In this document: one piece after another, positions 30,552-44,500 of the stretch | How the letters are laid out: the number at the start of each line of letters is the position of its first letter | Numbering within the stretch: position 1 is the first letter of the stretch | Assembly (NCBI RefSeq): GCF_009914755.1 | Contig: NC_060938.1 | Direction: 5' to 3' (one strand) | DNA: 64,000 nt | Source of the DNA: the human T2T-CHM13v2.0 reference genome, Homo sapiens | The notes under the pieces: model-generated | Told to the model about the DNA's origin: nothing | Seen by the model: the letters and a program-made list of their open reading frames with translations, nothing else | Database searches by the model: none | Translations under genes and position numbers: made by a program

Positions 30552-30728
30552 TGGGTTGCCAGGCTAAATAAAGAAAAATAAACCTAATCATATTTTAATT
30601 TGAATAAACAATAATTTTAGTGAAAGAATGTCCTAAATATTACATGGTATATAATTATACTAAATAAATTGTTGTTTATCTGAAATTGAAATCTAATTAG
30701 GCATCCTTATTTTGTCCTGGCAGCCCTA
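30552..30728. mobile_element. MER53 hAT MITE (palindromic)
   Basis: TIRs GGGTTGCCAG...CTGGCAGCCC, internal inverted arms ATAAACAAT / ATTGTTGTTTATCTGAAATT, and a degenerate 8-bp TSD CAAATTGT/CAAACTGG. Confidence 0.85.
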
Positions 30729-31466
30729 CAAACTGGTATTCTGTATCCCAGTGTGCATCTTGCTATGTTAAATCATGTTTTAAATTTCTTTTAAAACTTT
30801 AATAAATGAATCAAACAGTCCAGGTAATCTTTGTTCATTTAGTTTACTATAAGGTCTAGATAAATGCGTCCATATCCTCATTTATAATCTAACAGTACAA
30901 CCCTGCATGCTTCAAGCATGTTTTGGAAAGTGGGATTTTTCTTTACCGTATGCTTTGCTAAAAATTATGACAAACTTTCAGTTCAATTTTATAGGATTTG
31001 TTTTCCAGAGTATACATTTTCTCCTTTTATTGTCTAGTTTTATAAATTGCAATAGTTTAAAAGCATATTTTATATTATTAGATTTGGTGTCTAATTTAAA
31101 ATATAACTCAGTTACTTCTATCCATAGGTGCCCCCTCCCTTTGCCTCCACACTTCTAGGAAGGAATAATAAATGCATGCATTTTTCTCATTCTAGTTCCA
31201 CTGAGTTTTTACCTAACAAAAAGTAATAACAGACTTTGCAATAAATTGATGTCAGTACTTATTTTTAGTGTTTTAATTGTTGATTTTTAATAAAATTTTT
31301 AAAACAATATTTTGATGTGAATTTGGGAGAAAATCGTAGGCTCTGCTCACCATTACTTTAAGCCAATTTTACCTTAGTAAGGTAGCTTTAGACTTTCTGT
31401 GATTAAGGTTAGGAAAAATCTTTTACCCTTTTTTTCTTTAATATCAATTGTAGTTGTTGTTGAATC

Positions 31467-32130
31467 AATAGACTATATTTTTAGAGTAGTTTGAAGTTTA
31501 CAGAAAAATTGAGTGGAAGTACATAGGGTGCCCATATGCTGTCTCACCCTCATACATGCAGGTGCCTCTAATAATACCTTCTTGCACTAGTGTGGTATGT
31601 GGTTACAACTCACAAGCTAATATCAGTAATCTACTATTAACAAAAAACTATAGTTTACATTAGGAGTCACACTTTGTGTTGAACATTCTATAGAGTTTTG
31701 ACAAATTTATAAAGACATATATCTGACATTACAGTATAATACAGAACAGTTTTACTATCTAAAAATTCCCGGTGCTTCTTCTGTTCACTGCTTTCTCTCC
31801 ATGAACCCTGGCAACTACTGATCTTCTTACCGTCTCCATAGATTTTCCTTTTTCCGAAATGTCATATATTTGGAATGATAAAATATGTCGTCTTTTCAGA
31901 TTGGCTTCTTTCACTTAGCAACAAGCATTTTTGGTTCCTTCATGTCTTTTCATAGCTAGATAGCTCATTTCTTTTTATCATTTAATAATATTCCATTGTA
32001 AAAATGTACCACAATTTCTCTATCCATTAACCTATTGAGAAATATCTTGGTTACTTACCAGTTTAGGTAACTATGCAAAGTTGCTATAAATATTTGTGTG
32101 CCGGTTTTGTGTGAACATTCATAAGTTTTT
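31467..32130 (-). mobile_element. L1MC1-like 3' end
   Basis: TTTTTAGAGTAGTTTGAAGTTTACAGAAAAATTGAG...TTTTCAGATTGGCTTCTTTCACTTAG. Confidence 0.88.
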
Positions 32131-33375
32131 TACAAATAATTTTGGATTTGTTTTTTCTTCTTATACTAGAATACCAAATTTAGATAAGTAACTATTATTT
32201 TCCCTGATGGTTGACATACAATTATCTCTTGTGTTAATTCTTGTTCATCTCTCAGGAAAGGTGTTAATTCAGAGGATTATGGAATCCCTTTAGGGTACTC
32301 CACAGTTACGTGGTTGATTTTGATTTCATCTCACTCTTGAAATATAATGCAATACCTTTTTATGCTGCTTTCTGTTATCACGGCAGCATGAAAAGTGTTG
32401 CTATCTTTCTTTGGGAGAGGAAAGGTGTGGAGAAGATGGTTTGTTTATAGACTTACTTGAATTATATCTCCTCTCAATAACTTTTTAATACTACCCTTAC
32501 TTCAGATAGTAAATCGTTACTAAACTAAAAGCCACAAATATATGATCAAGTGTGTTTTGAAATACCATATTTAATAGATAAGGATTTATTCATTGAAGCT
32601 GTATTATTTTGTGTTTCTATGTGTTACATAAAATAGCATATCAAGAAAATTAAGTCTGAATCAGACAAGTCTTCCAATGCTAAAATATTCTAATGTTAGA
32701 ATTATTCCTAATAAAGAGCTTAAAATATGAGATAATCTCCATTTTTCATATTAAAATAATTATATACTGCATTGTGGCTTTTGCAAACATAGCTGTAATT
32801 ACCCCTGGCACTGTATTGCTTACTGTCTTTTTTCCCACTTATTAAAGCTATTTATTTACAACAAATGCTTGGTATGCAAACATTAGTCTGCTGTTAACAA
32901 AAGTGAAGCCCAAATTTGTAATTAGCTACAGCTGTACATGCTGCTTCCTTTATTCAAAAGTCTTCTATCATTGTGAAGCTGCTTAGCTCATTTTATTCTT
33001 TGTGGGAACCAATCTCAGATACTAGATAAAGGCTTCATTCTCCATATGCTTAGTTTAAATCAACTATTGTCTGTTTCAATTAGGATGAAGAGTGTGGTTT
33101 ACAGCAATAGTTGCATGGAAGGGAGAAGGAGAAGAAGACCCTGGATAAAGTTGTGCACACATTGCACTAAATGAGTATGAATATTATACATCAGTTAATA
33201 CTTTTAGCACCAATTCAGACTTCTGTGTCCAAGCTATTTATCACTAAATGCCAACTAATTAAAATCAAGTGTATCTCTTACATCATAGAATCAAAATATA
33301 ACCTGATGTTTTTCAATATCAGTTAATCCTATTATGTGTAGCATTGATAGAATAGAACATAAAATAGCCTGTGCC

Positions 33376-33558
33376 CTGTGACCATGGGTTAGTTACTTAA
33401 CCTCTCTCTAGTTTTTGTTTCTTTATGTATAAAATGGAGATAATAATAACAAATGCTTTCTCGGGATCTGGTGAGGATTATATGAGTCACTATTAATCGA
33501 ACACTTAGAACTCTGCCTGATAGGTAGCAAGTGATACCGTTAGTATTAGCTATTACTA
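33376..33558 (+). mobile_element. MIR
   Basis: CTGTGACCATGGG..AGTTACTTAACCTCTCT...TAAAATGGAGATAATAATA core. Confidence 0.85.
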
Positions 33559-34179
33559 TATGATCTGGTATATTTTAGGATGTAAAAGTTATTATATCAA
33601 TTGTCGATGTTATTGATCAAAAGGTAAAGAAATAAAGACATCTCAATGAAGTCCATTGAGTTGATAGTTTATAAAGGGAAAAAGTTGAACAACTGAGCAC
33701 ATTTTTTTTTGAAATCTTTCTTTACATATGGTTGAATCCTCTAATAGAGGAAAATGTCCTACCACTATTTCTTATGATTTTGGTGTTTGTGTTACTATAT
33801 TAAAATAGAAGTATATTTTTACTACCTATTGACTTGCTTCAAAGTTACAGAAAATGAATACAAAATAACTAATGTTTTACCTTCCCAATTATCACTCCAG
33901 ATATGCTCTTGAAAGAAAACTACAAAATCTACTGAAGTTAGGTTATTGCTAATGGCAGTTATAATTTTCCTGACATAACTTTATTTGATATTTGATAGAT
34001 AAAATGTCAAAGAAAGGAGTCAAAGTTTAGGAGAATGGAAAAATCATATCATATTTTTAAAAACTAACTCCTAAAGATTAACCTGAAAAGATCAATAGTT
34101 AGAATTTCAACTTATACATGGACTTTGTTTAGATTAAAAGATGCACTCCAGGAAATTAAGAACTCATTAAGAAAACCAC

Positions 34180-34435
34180 TTAGAATGAATAAGATCTAGT
34201 ATTTGATACTACAACAGGGTGACTACCATCAGTAACAGTAATTTATTGTATATTTTAAAACAGCTGTAAGAGTGGAACTGAGATGTTCCTAACACAAAGT
34301 CATGATAAATGCTTGAAGTGATGCATATCCCTATTAGGCTGATGTGATTATTACACATCGTATGTCTTTATCAAAGCATCATATATACCCCATAAATATA
34401 TACACCTATTATGTACCCATAATAATGTTAGCAAA
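34180..34435 (+). mobile_element. L1MA2/3-like 3' end
   Basis: AGAATGAATAAGATCTAGTATTTGATA..ACAACAGGGTGACTA...CCCCATAAATATATACACCTATTATGTACCCA. Confidence 0.88.
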
Positions 34436-34548
34436 AGAACACTATTTTTAATCTAAATATTTCGAAAGCTCGTGGATATACAAACCTCAATAAATTCCCA
34501 GGATTTTCAGAAGAATATTAGAGGCTAACATCTAAATTAAGATAAATA

Positions 34549-34573
34549 CCCTAAAACGTAAAGTATAATAAAA
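34549..34573 (+). mobile_element. Extremely 5'-truncated young L1PA (25 bp)
   Basis: CCCTAAAACGTAAAGTATAATAAAA matches the L1PA terminus with one mismatch. It is flanked by a perfect 10-bp TSD AAGATAAATA (34539-34548 and 34574-34583) after TT. Confidence 0.85.
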
Positions 34574-36428
34574 AAGATAAATAATCTGAGATTGTTATAT
34601 ACTTGTTTTCTTTGCTATGGGCTTCTAATTTAAAATCAAGTTATCAAGCCTGAAAAAAATTATTAGTAAAATTGTACCAATCTTATTAATAACTATTAAC
34701 ACTAAACCCAATATTAATTTATGGAAAGGAAATATTGATGGAAAATAGGAAAGTGGTATAACAAGTGAGTAACTGGCATATGTGATGCTTGGCATTTGTT
34801 AATTTCAAGGTAAGATGGCTGCAAGCTGTGAGTGCAGGTTCCCAAGGTGGATGGTCAGGAGGAGAGAAACAATAGACAAGATTAGAGAGAGGCGTGTCTA
34901 TTTTTCACAGGTCAAAGCCCAACATAGTAGTGAAAATGTCTGTGGTTCTGAACTTTAGTTTACTAATTATGTTTTCAGAAAGCTCCAACTCCAAGCAGCA
35001 GTCATGGATGATAGTCAAATACAAAAGTAGATTGCATCAGGCACCTATAATTTAGATTTTTGGCAGGTAGCAAATGTTTGATACCTATTCAGTGGCGATT
35101 TCATTTGAAAAGTTCATTGACTTCTGCAATCTTCTTTAGAAATCTAAATTCAGTTCAACAGTTGGCAGTTGGAATTTGGTTTGCCACCATGTGACACAAA
35201 AGCCACTATCACTACTGACAACATGAACAGAGAATACTCCTGTAATTATCTTATCTCAGAATCTCAAGTTTTGTGAGACTAGTTTGAGGGTTTGATATTC
35301 ACATCTGAACTATAATTCACAGCTTTTAATTGGAAATGATCAGAACTCAAGGCACTAAAGGAAAACATGAGTCTAGGACTCTGGTAACCTTACAAGCTTC
35401 TAAACATTTTGTTCTTCAAAGCTCCTGTTACCTCTCCACTGATGGGCGAGTGGACTGATAATTGTGACAAAGTTGCCAGAGCTTCCACAGCCTGCTGATT
35501 TTTTGTTTCTCTGACTATAACTCTTTCCTGTTGTATACTTTGATCATCACATTGGATTTCCTGATTGAATCATGCCTGAACTTGCTTCCAGCTCTCTGGA
35601 CTCTTTTCCATGGGCCAACCAACTGCTTTGGTTCTACACCAAATGGATAATTGGATGGCATCTATTTCGGCTTTTCATGTCTTTCTGCATTTTATACTCT
35701 TAAGAGTCCAGATGTTTTTTTGTGTCCTTGCCTTTGCAAGTCAGGGCAGTCAGAACTGTGTGTAGTGTAGAAACACTGTAACTGCCCAAAGTAGTAATAT
35801 CATGGCTTTATTATTGCCATCAGTAATTTTTAATCACATTCTTGCACCCTGAGTTTAAAAAGATCTCTACAACATCTGTCAATAAACTGGTTTTCATTTA
35901 CTTAGCTATATATGTGATTATTCATTTTTATTCCTACTGTTTGTATTAATTTTTTATGTGCTCACCAATTGTTTTTAAGAAGTCTTAAAAGGCAGCTTAT
36001 ATGTGGTTTGTTCTTACCATAAAATAATTCTTTCTATTTTTCCACAATATGAGTGCTATCATTTTATAAGAGAGCTACAAATAATAACAAAATAAAAAAT
36101 AGTTAAAAGCTCTAGTATGATGGCTATACTTATGCTTAAATCTTCATACTTTTTATCAATATCAGATGGTGACCTAGAACTTGATTAAAATATTTATTTT
36201 CTGCTCAAGAAAATAAAATCAGTCTCTGTGTCACAAGATTATTTTTCTAAAGAGTAAATTAAAGAACTGATTGATATTAGAGTAAGTTGCAGGATAGCTT
36301 CTCCAAAATAGTCTACCCACATGTTTACTTACCAAGAAGGATTTTGGTGGTATATACCTGATCATGGTGCACTGACATCAAAAAGTTGAAGAACCAGAAT
36401 CAAGGCCCACCACAACTATAGAAAGATA

Positions 36429-36590
36429 GACAGTGCATGGTGATTCACACATGTAGTCCCAGCTATTCAGAAGTCTGACACAGGAGGATCTCTTGAGTCC
36501 AGGAAGTCAAGGCTGCAGTGAGTCATGATTTCACCACTGCACTCCAGTCTGGGCAACAGAGCAAGACTCTATTTCCAAAAAAAAAAAAAA
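36429..36590 (+). mobile_element. FRAM / isolated AluJ right arm
   Basis: GTAGTCCCAGCTA...GGAGGATCTCTTGAGTCCAGGAAGTCAAGGCTGCAGTGAG followed by an A tail. Confidence 0.88.
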
Positions 36591-37392
36591 GAACAGAAAA
36601 AGGTAAGAAAACTTAGAAGTCAAAAACATTAAATCACAACTCACACAGACAGAAGCCCAGGTAAAAGCCTGTGGCATACCTCAGATGTTCTAAATGTATC
36701 AGGCCTTTAAGGACATCATATGCAAGACAGGATAACGTAACATTTACTTATTTCTTCCCACTTTTAATCTACTGAAGATAAAGGTGACTTAAAGCTGCTG
36801 AAAATAACATTTGTGGCTCCAAATACAATTCCTATCACAATGCCTAAAAATCTAATCAATCATTTTTGTTAGAAAACATTTAGCAAATGTTCATCAGTCT
36901 TTAATACTAGTCACTTTTCTACAATTTTACCCTTCCTATATTCGCTTTTTCCCTTTGAATCCTAGTTCTTGTCATCCCACCTAGCCTTTGGTTTCTGAAG
37001 CTCTTATTCTGCATCTACCTGATTAAAATAAATTCAGGGGAAAAGTACCAGTAATTTTGTATTAGCTCAAAATAAGTCCTCCTGTTTCTCTATAGGATCT
37101 CAATGATGCGTGCTCATATTATTTTCTAACTCCCCACAACAGCCTTACCAGTGTCCTCTACTCTTTACACCATATCTCAGCATTCTCCTTCACAGAAAAA
37201 TATAAACTACCAGGCCGGAAATCCTTCAGCTTCTTAATTTCCGTTTGCTGAAAACAAATTAGAAACTGCTCTTATATTTATGTCCTTATAGTATCTATGA
37301 CAAATTTATCCTCTTGTTCTAGGAATTTAATTTTCTCCCATCTTCATTTATCTTATGTCTCTACTGAATTGCTAACATGTCACTCTCTCCTA

Positions 37393-37572
37393 CAATGGTT
37401 CTCAAACTTGGCTTTACATTGAAATCACGTGGAGAGCTTAAAAGAGTATTTATGGCTGGGTTTCAAATATAAAGATTCTTATGTAATTGATGTGAGGTGT
37501 GGCCTGGGCATTAGGACTTTTTAAAGCTCCTCAGGGGATTTTTATGTGCAACTAGGGTTTAAAGTCACCACT
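37393..37572. mobile_element. MER5-family MITE
   Basis: CAATGGTTCTCAAACTTGGC...GGCCTGGGCATTAGGACTTTTTAAAGCTCC...CACCACT. Confidence 0.85.
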
Positions 37573-37599
37573 TTCCTAGCTCATTTTCTCAAAATACAA

Positions 37600-37785
37600 A
37601 GCATTAAAAATTATTTCTATATTTATAATTGTAAAAGACACTTCAAATCTGTGAGAATTTAAGCATCAAAATAAACAATACTAACAGTTCATAATAAAAT
37701 TAATAAATAGAAATTTACAAGTTCGTGTTGATGAAAGAAAAAAAGAAAGAAAAATGAAGAAAGAAAGAAGAAAGAAGGAAAGAAA

Positions 37786-37826
<41 letters not shown>

Positions 37827-38520
37827 AATTTTAGGTTTTCCTTATAATGGAATGAGAGCTAAAAAACTGAGAAAGTTGTCATTAGAAAAACACTATTCAA
37901 CAACCATTGCAGTAATTATTAATTCAAGAAATAAACTCCAATGGATGTTAAAACTAGTGGGTGAAAGTTGGATGAGATACAGAATTTTCTGTATAATATA
38001 AAAGTTCCTCCCCACAAAATGATTATTAGTTTAACATGAGACAAAAGTGAGTCAAAAGAGTAACAAGTGATTTTGCAGTTCTAAAATCAAATGATCAAAG
38101 TTTAAATCACCAGTAACAGAGGAAATTAGTATCATGTATCATTCAATAGGAGCCAATGAGGGAAAAACAGAATTACTTCAGTGATATTCCAGCCAGAACA
38201 GTATTGCCTCAGCCTAGTCATGAAGAAACATGGGACAAACCAACATGAGGGACATTCTTTAAAAAAATCCCTGGGCTAGAATCTTCAGAAATATCAAAGT
38301 AATAAAATTCAAGACTGTGGGACTTTTATATTGAAGAAGGGATTACAAGACAACTGGGTATAATATTAGATCCAGAAATGGATCTTTTAGCTATCAAGAT
38401 TATTTGGGATAATTCCTGGAACTTACATAAGATAATTAAATAAAAATTACAGGAGAATTCTTTGAAATTTCTTGCAACTTTTTAAGTTTAAAAATGTGTC
38501 AAAATAAAAAGACAGCAAAA
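37600..38520 (+). mobile_element. L1MC3/MC4-like 3' UTR
   Basis: AATGGATGTTAAAACTAGTGGGTGAAAGTT...TGATCAAAGTT..ATCACCAGTAA...GACAAACCAACATGAGGGACATTCT. Confidence 0.75.
37733..37828. repeat. (GAAA)n tetranucleotide microsatellite
   Basis: Seen directly; about 10 uninterrupted units at the 3' end. Confidence 0.97.
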
Positions 38521-38917
38521 CAAAAACACTGACCCTAAAACTCTTCAGAATATGACCCTAACACTGTAACAGTTGTTTGCTTGTGTTTACTTTCAAAAAA
38601 ATCAACTGTTCTTAATATTGTTTTATCTCCTTTCATTCTGTACAGCCTATCTTCAAAGAATACAATTCATTTGCTTTCTTCATTCATCTTTCCTTCATTC
38701 TTCAACTGTATGTATTTGAATTCTGACTTTAATATTGCACTAAAACTATTTCTATAACTGTCATCCCTGACCCCCTTTTTTGCCACATTCAATAAAACTA
38801 TTTTTTGTTGTTTTTGATATCATTTGTCTTCCTTCTGAATGTTGTAGTCTAACTTTCTCCTGATTCTGTCTCTACCTAATACCTATCCTTCTAACTATAT
38901 CCTTCTCACTACTCTAG

Positions 38918-39475
38918 ACATCCATTTATTCACTAAATATTTAATGAGTTTATTTCATCACAAGGTACTTTCTAGGAGCAGGAAATCCAGTGGTGAACAA
39001 AATAGAGCAAGTCCTTATTCTCCTAAAGGTTGCATTCAAGTGTGAGAAAACAGACAACAAAGAAGTAACAGATAAACAAGATACTTTCAGGAAGCATGAA
39101 ACAATATCATAATAAGACAACATAGTTTGACAGAATGACTAGGAGAAAAGACTGTGAGGTAGGGATTGCATTAGATAGGTAGATCAGAAAAAAACTTTTT
39201 GACAAGCTTCTGTTTGAGTATAAAATTGTAATGTGAAGTCTAGTAGAAGGCATTCCTGGAAAAACAAGCAATAAATGCAAATGCCCAGAATGTTGAGTGA
39301 GCTTTGATGTGTTTGTACAGGAGAAAGAATGGTGAGACTGAAGCAGAGTGATCAAGAAGTAGCATTGTGATAGCGAGGTTACATAGCGAGTTTGGATTTT
39401 ATGTCCAATACAACAGAAAGCTACTGAAGTGTCCTAATCAAAGCTCATGGGGTTTTCTGATTTATATTTAAAGGT
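38918..39475 (-). mobile_element. L2a nested in an older + strand L2
   Basis: CATTTATTCACTAAATATTTAATGAG...CAGTGGTGAACAAAATAG is an antisense L2 tail. Sense L2-like sequence flanks it at about 38670-38900 and 39480-40040. Confidence 0.75.
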
Positions 39476-40124
39476 AAAACAAGTGCTTTCTTTTCTCCAT
39501 ATTCCTTTTGAAGGTACGTCTAACACTACAATTATTTTGTTATTGTTGGTATTTCCTGATAATTCCATCTTAATCTCTCCACTTTTCTTAAAGTACACAT
39601 ACTCCTTTGATAAATCATTCCCATAATCTTATCTAACACCTAAATACACTGATAACTCTTCAGAATCTCTTTTGAGCTCTAAACCCATTGTCTAGTAGTC
39701 ACTATACGTATGCATAGACTCTGCTCACCATCTTTTCCTTTAGACCAGCTCTCCCTCCTACATTCCCTGATTTACTGAAAGACACCGCCATCCCCTTAGA
39801 AACCTTGTAGATAGCCTTGGTTACTCTAGGTACCCAATAAATAACCAACTCAAATGAAATTTTCTCATTGGAATCACTTTCACGCATCTTTTTTCTCACA
39901 CCTCAGTGTAATACCATTGGTTTTGGCTCTCTCTTCATCATCACTTAACTGATCTACTGCAAATGCCTACTGCAAATCTCAGCTGTGCCACACTCATTTT
40001 GCTTATGCTGCCAGAATGAATGTTCATGAAAATGCATTTGTTCAGGGGGAGCTTATGCTGAAGACAGACACATTGAATTGGGGCAACGCCTTTCAATATG
40101 CCTCCATTAACAAGATGTTTAATA

Positions 40125-40418
40125 TAGTAATAGTAACAATAATTGCAATGATGATGATAATGATGTTGATTATGATGATGATTGATGATGACTTACTGAG
40201 TGCTTGCTACAGGATAGACCCTTATCTAAAAGCTCATATATATTAATTCATTTGATCCTCATGTTGACCATAAGGCATAGATTCTATCATTGTGTCTGTG
40301 TTACAGATGAGGTAACTAACGCACAGAAAGACTGAGTAACTCATCCAAAGGTGTATGACCAGAGAGGGGCAGAAGTAGGACTTAAAATAACCTGACTCCA
40401 GATTCAGTGCTGACTACA
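40125..40418 (-). mobile_element. MIR with (ATG)n tail-derived repeat
   Basis: TTACTGAGTGCTTGCTA...TTACAGATGAGGTAACT..GCACAGA, with ATG/ATA repeats at 40125-40190. Confidence 0.85.
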
Positions 40419-40644
40419 TTGAAACCTAGTATAACATGTAAGATTCTGCATGGTTTTCCCTTTCAAAACTTCTCCAGCTCTCATTCCTCGCATATCTTTC
40501 TCATATTATACTGTTAGGTAATATTTAATATTTTACAATTCTCGGGACAACATTATATTCTCATTATCCATGCCTTTTTTATGTATGCCCTTTGTACTCT
40601 TTAACAGCTGTCAAAGTCTATTTTGTCTACGTCCTGGAAAGCTA

Positions 40645-40687
40645 CATGTCTATTTATATCTATATATATGTAAGCTACATATTTAAG

Positions 40688-40720
<33 letters not shown>

Positions 40721-40771
40721 ACATATATATATGGTGGGTGGGTGCATGGGTGTGGGTGTGGGTGTGGGTGT
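40645..40771. repeat. (TA)n/(CA)n/(GGGTGT)n compound repeat
   Basis: Seen directly, at the tail of a minus-strand AluJ. Confidence 0.9.
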
Positions 40772-40782
40772 TAGAGAGACAG

Positions 40783-41566
<784 letters not shown>

Positions 41567-44500
41567 TAATTAACACACCTGAACTCCTTTTAAAACGCTT
41601 AAATTATCTCTCTGTGCTTTGAATTAAACGTAAATTTGCCACCATATTTTCTCAAATACTTTGTAAGGGCTTCGCTATAACTCGTTCCATTCACAGTGGC
41701 ATAATTTAGAATAATACACCAATTTTTAACGAATGAATGAATGCATGCCATCACCAAACACTGCTATCTCATTTCAACTCAGTTTTCTAGCAGGCAAGTT
41801 GGTCTTTCAATATGGGTACATAAAATATTTTCAAAAATAAAAGAGAAGAATGAGGAAGTCACTGAGCATAGGGAAACTACCCAGTTTTTGATACATAGGT
41901 CAAGGTGATAATTACATATCTAGAGGGTAGCATTAGGACACTGTGTATTTGGGGATAGGGAGGAAGTTCAGAATGATATGAAAGAGAAAAGGGATACATG
42001 AAAACTTAGGTGTTAGGAGACAATGATGCAAATTTTATAGTTTTGTCTGGTGGGAGTAAATGCACTCAACTTTCCAAGAACTTAAAAACCATCTTTTGGT
42101 TTTGTAATAATAACTACCTTTCCTACAAAATGAAACCAACTAGGCACAGCCATCTCACCACACTAAACTGTTCTTTTTGTACAACTACTCTGTCAATATT
42201 CAATGATAACCAGAAAAAGAAGTCAATTATTTTTGACAAGTTGAAATTTGGTGATTAAACTAATGATTTATTTTACATTTAAATATATTGACCAGGGAGA
42301 TAGAGAGCTATATAAAGAGGAATAGAGAGCTATATAAAAGAGGACTAGTGGCTCTCTTGGGAATAAAGCATTTAAAAAAGAATATAGGTGCTGGGAAAGA
42401 AGACTCAAGAATCTGAAAATCCACCTAAAATGAAAGTTTAAATATTTAGAGAACGTTGGTAGTTGGAAAGCTATTCAGTAGTCCAAGTATTTTAGCCTAA
42501 AAATGTGGAAAATAAAAAGCTGTTTACAAGTTTTTGCTGGTTTGTTATATAAAATGTGTTGTGCCTGTGATATCTAAATTTAAAGTAACATGATTTAAAC
42601 TGCACTATGTGATGAAGAGTCCTCTGAGGTCACTAAAGCTTTGATTTTCCAGTTAGCTTATTTTATAGCTAGTGCTTTGGAAGCCATCAAGTCCATAACG
42701 AGATAGATCAATCAGATTGTTTTTATTGGTCTACTGCGTACCATAGACTATACACAGCAGTACTCATTGAATCAGACTGCTTGGGAACAGCAGCTTTAAC
42801 CTTGAGACTTGAACAGAGAAAATAACAGCTTCAAAATTAAATCTCCATGAATTATATATATTCTTATATAAAATTGAATTTTTAAACAGTGTCAATTGAA
42901 ATCCATTGGTAACGAACCAAGTGCAGTTATTTCAAAGAGGAATCATGGTCTAAACACCACATTGTTACTGATTTAAAATGGCTTACTTCAAAGCCCTATA
43001 TTCAAACATGAGGCTTTTCAAGTGATTCCAAGAAACCATATTTTTTAAATAGCTTAAGCAATACTCTAAAGATAAAGTGAAAAGGAATAAGTGACCTTCA
43101 AAAGTTGCTTGCAGGGCCCTTGATGGTTTTATTGTTTTATATTTGCTTATCTGTCTTTCACAAAAATCTGAGGTAAATAAAAGAGGTAACACAAGCCAAT
43201 CATATAGTACAGTAAATGACATACTCATGGCACTCAATAAATGTTTATTACCATCCCCAGATTTTATAAATGTCTCAAATATTAGTGTAAAAATACACAA
43301 ATTACCTGACGTCCTGATTTCCTATGTCCAAGTCAGTTTTATCAGTGTTCAGATTCCTCCAAAAAAAAATTAAGGACATGATGTGATTTTACTGGTAATA
43401 AGGGAAAACTGGTATAATTGGTGCTGGAATCACTAACTAGGAATAGTTTACCCTTAAGGATGTGGACAGTTCACATTACATTATCCAAATAAGTATATAA
43501 CCACAGGTAGAATTTGTACCCCAAAGGTCTCTGCCGTGGAGTGGGGACATGGAAGAATCTCTGCAAAGTGATGATGAAGAGGGATTGCTTCAGTTTTTAG
43601 GAGTTCTTCACAGTTGAAGTAGATACACACCAAAACCTGGCCACATTTTAAGAAAAATAATTCTGTAACTGTAAGTCAGACAGTAGGGACTTGGCTGGTG
43701 GTCAGTGTCTCAGAGAAGTGACTGAAGTTTATAGCATGATGCTCCTCTTAGCAGGAAACTGGACACAAATCCAGAACTAGAAAACAAGTACTTGGCTCCA
43801 AGGAGCCCACCTGGAACTTCCAAAATGAACTCAATGCATACAAATGGTGTACGAGACTCCATATTCTGTATAAATTTGATTTACATTGATCCAGACACTG
43901 GGTAGCCTGAGATTTCAAAATGCAGATCTTCAACACCTACAACTGAACAAGGCTGAGGTGACTAGAGGGCTACCATACAGTTGTTGCCCAGGACACTATA
44001 AAGCATTGGTATTTTCCTGTCCCATCTGATACCATGCAGCAGGCACCACATTCAGAACTAATCATTTCTTATAATAACTTTCAGATTCCACCAAGTCTTA
44101 TCCCTCAGCATCTATCAGTAAGAGTTTGTCTAAGAAATATTCTCAAAATATTTAAGAACCATTAACATATGACTTCTAAATTTTTGATGACTAGATTTAC
44201 AAAGGAGCATAAAGTGGTATTTATCTTGGAGATGAAATAAAATTTCTCTGGCCTATCTTGCTTTTATTCTTCTCTGCCATAGATTATAAATGCCAAAAAT
44301 GCAGAGCCAAGTCTGTTATATTTACCAGTATATGCTCATGCAATATTTATGAAATGGTAAATGCATAAAGGGACAGATAAATATTGCTACTGCTGAATTT
44401 GAAAAAAAAAAACTTGCTCTTATCTTCTTAAATTTTCTGGGACAACTTTTGGCAACTTTTTTTCTAGCAGTATTTTTAGAATGGCCCTTAATAACTTAAC

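Noticed and set aside
42300-42344. 22-bp direct repeat as a TSD or functional element
   Set aside because: The copies are adjacent with nothing between them, so it is a simple tandem duplication. Similar cases lie at 12661-12710 and 17182-17214.
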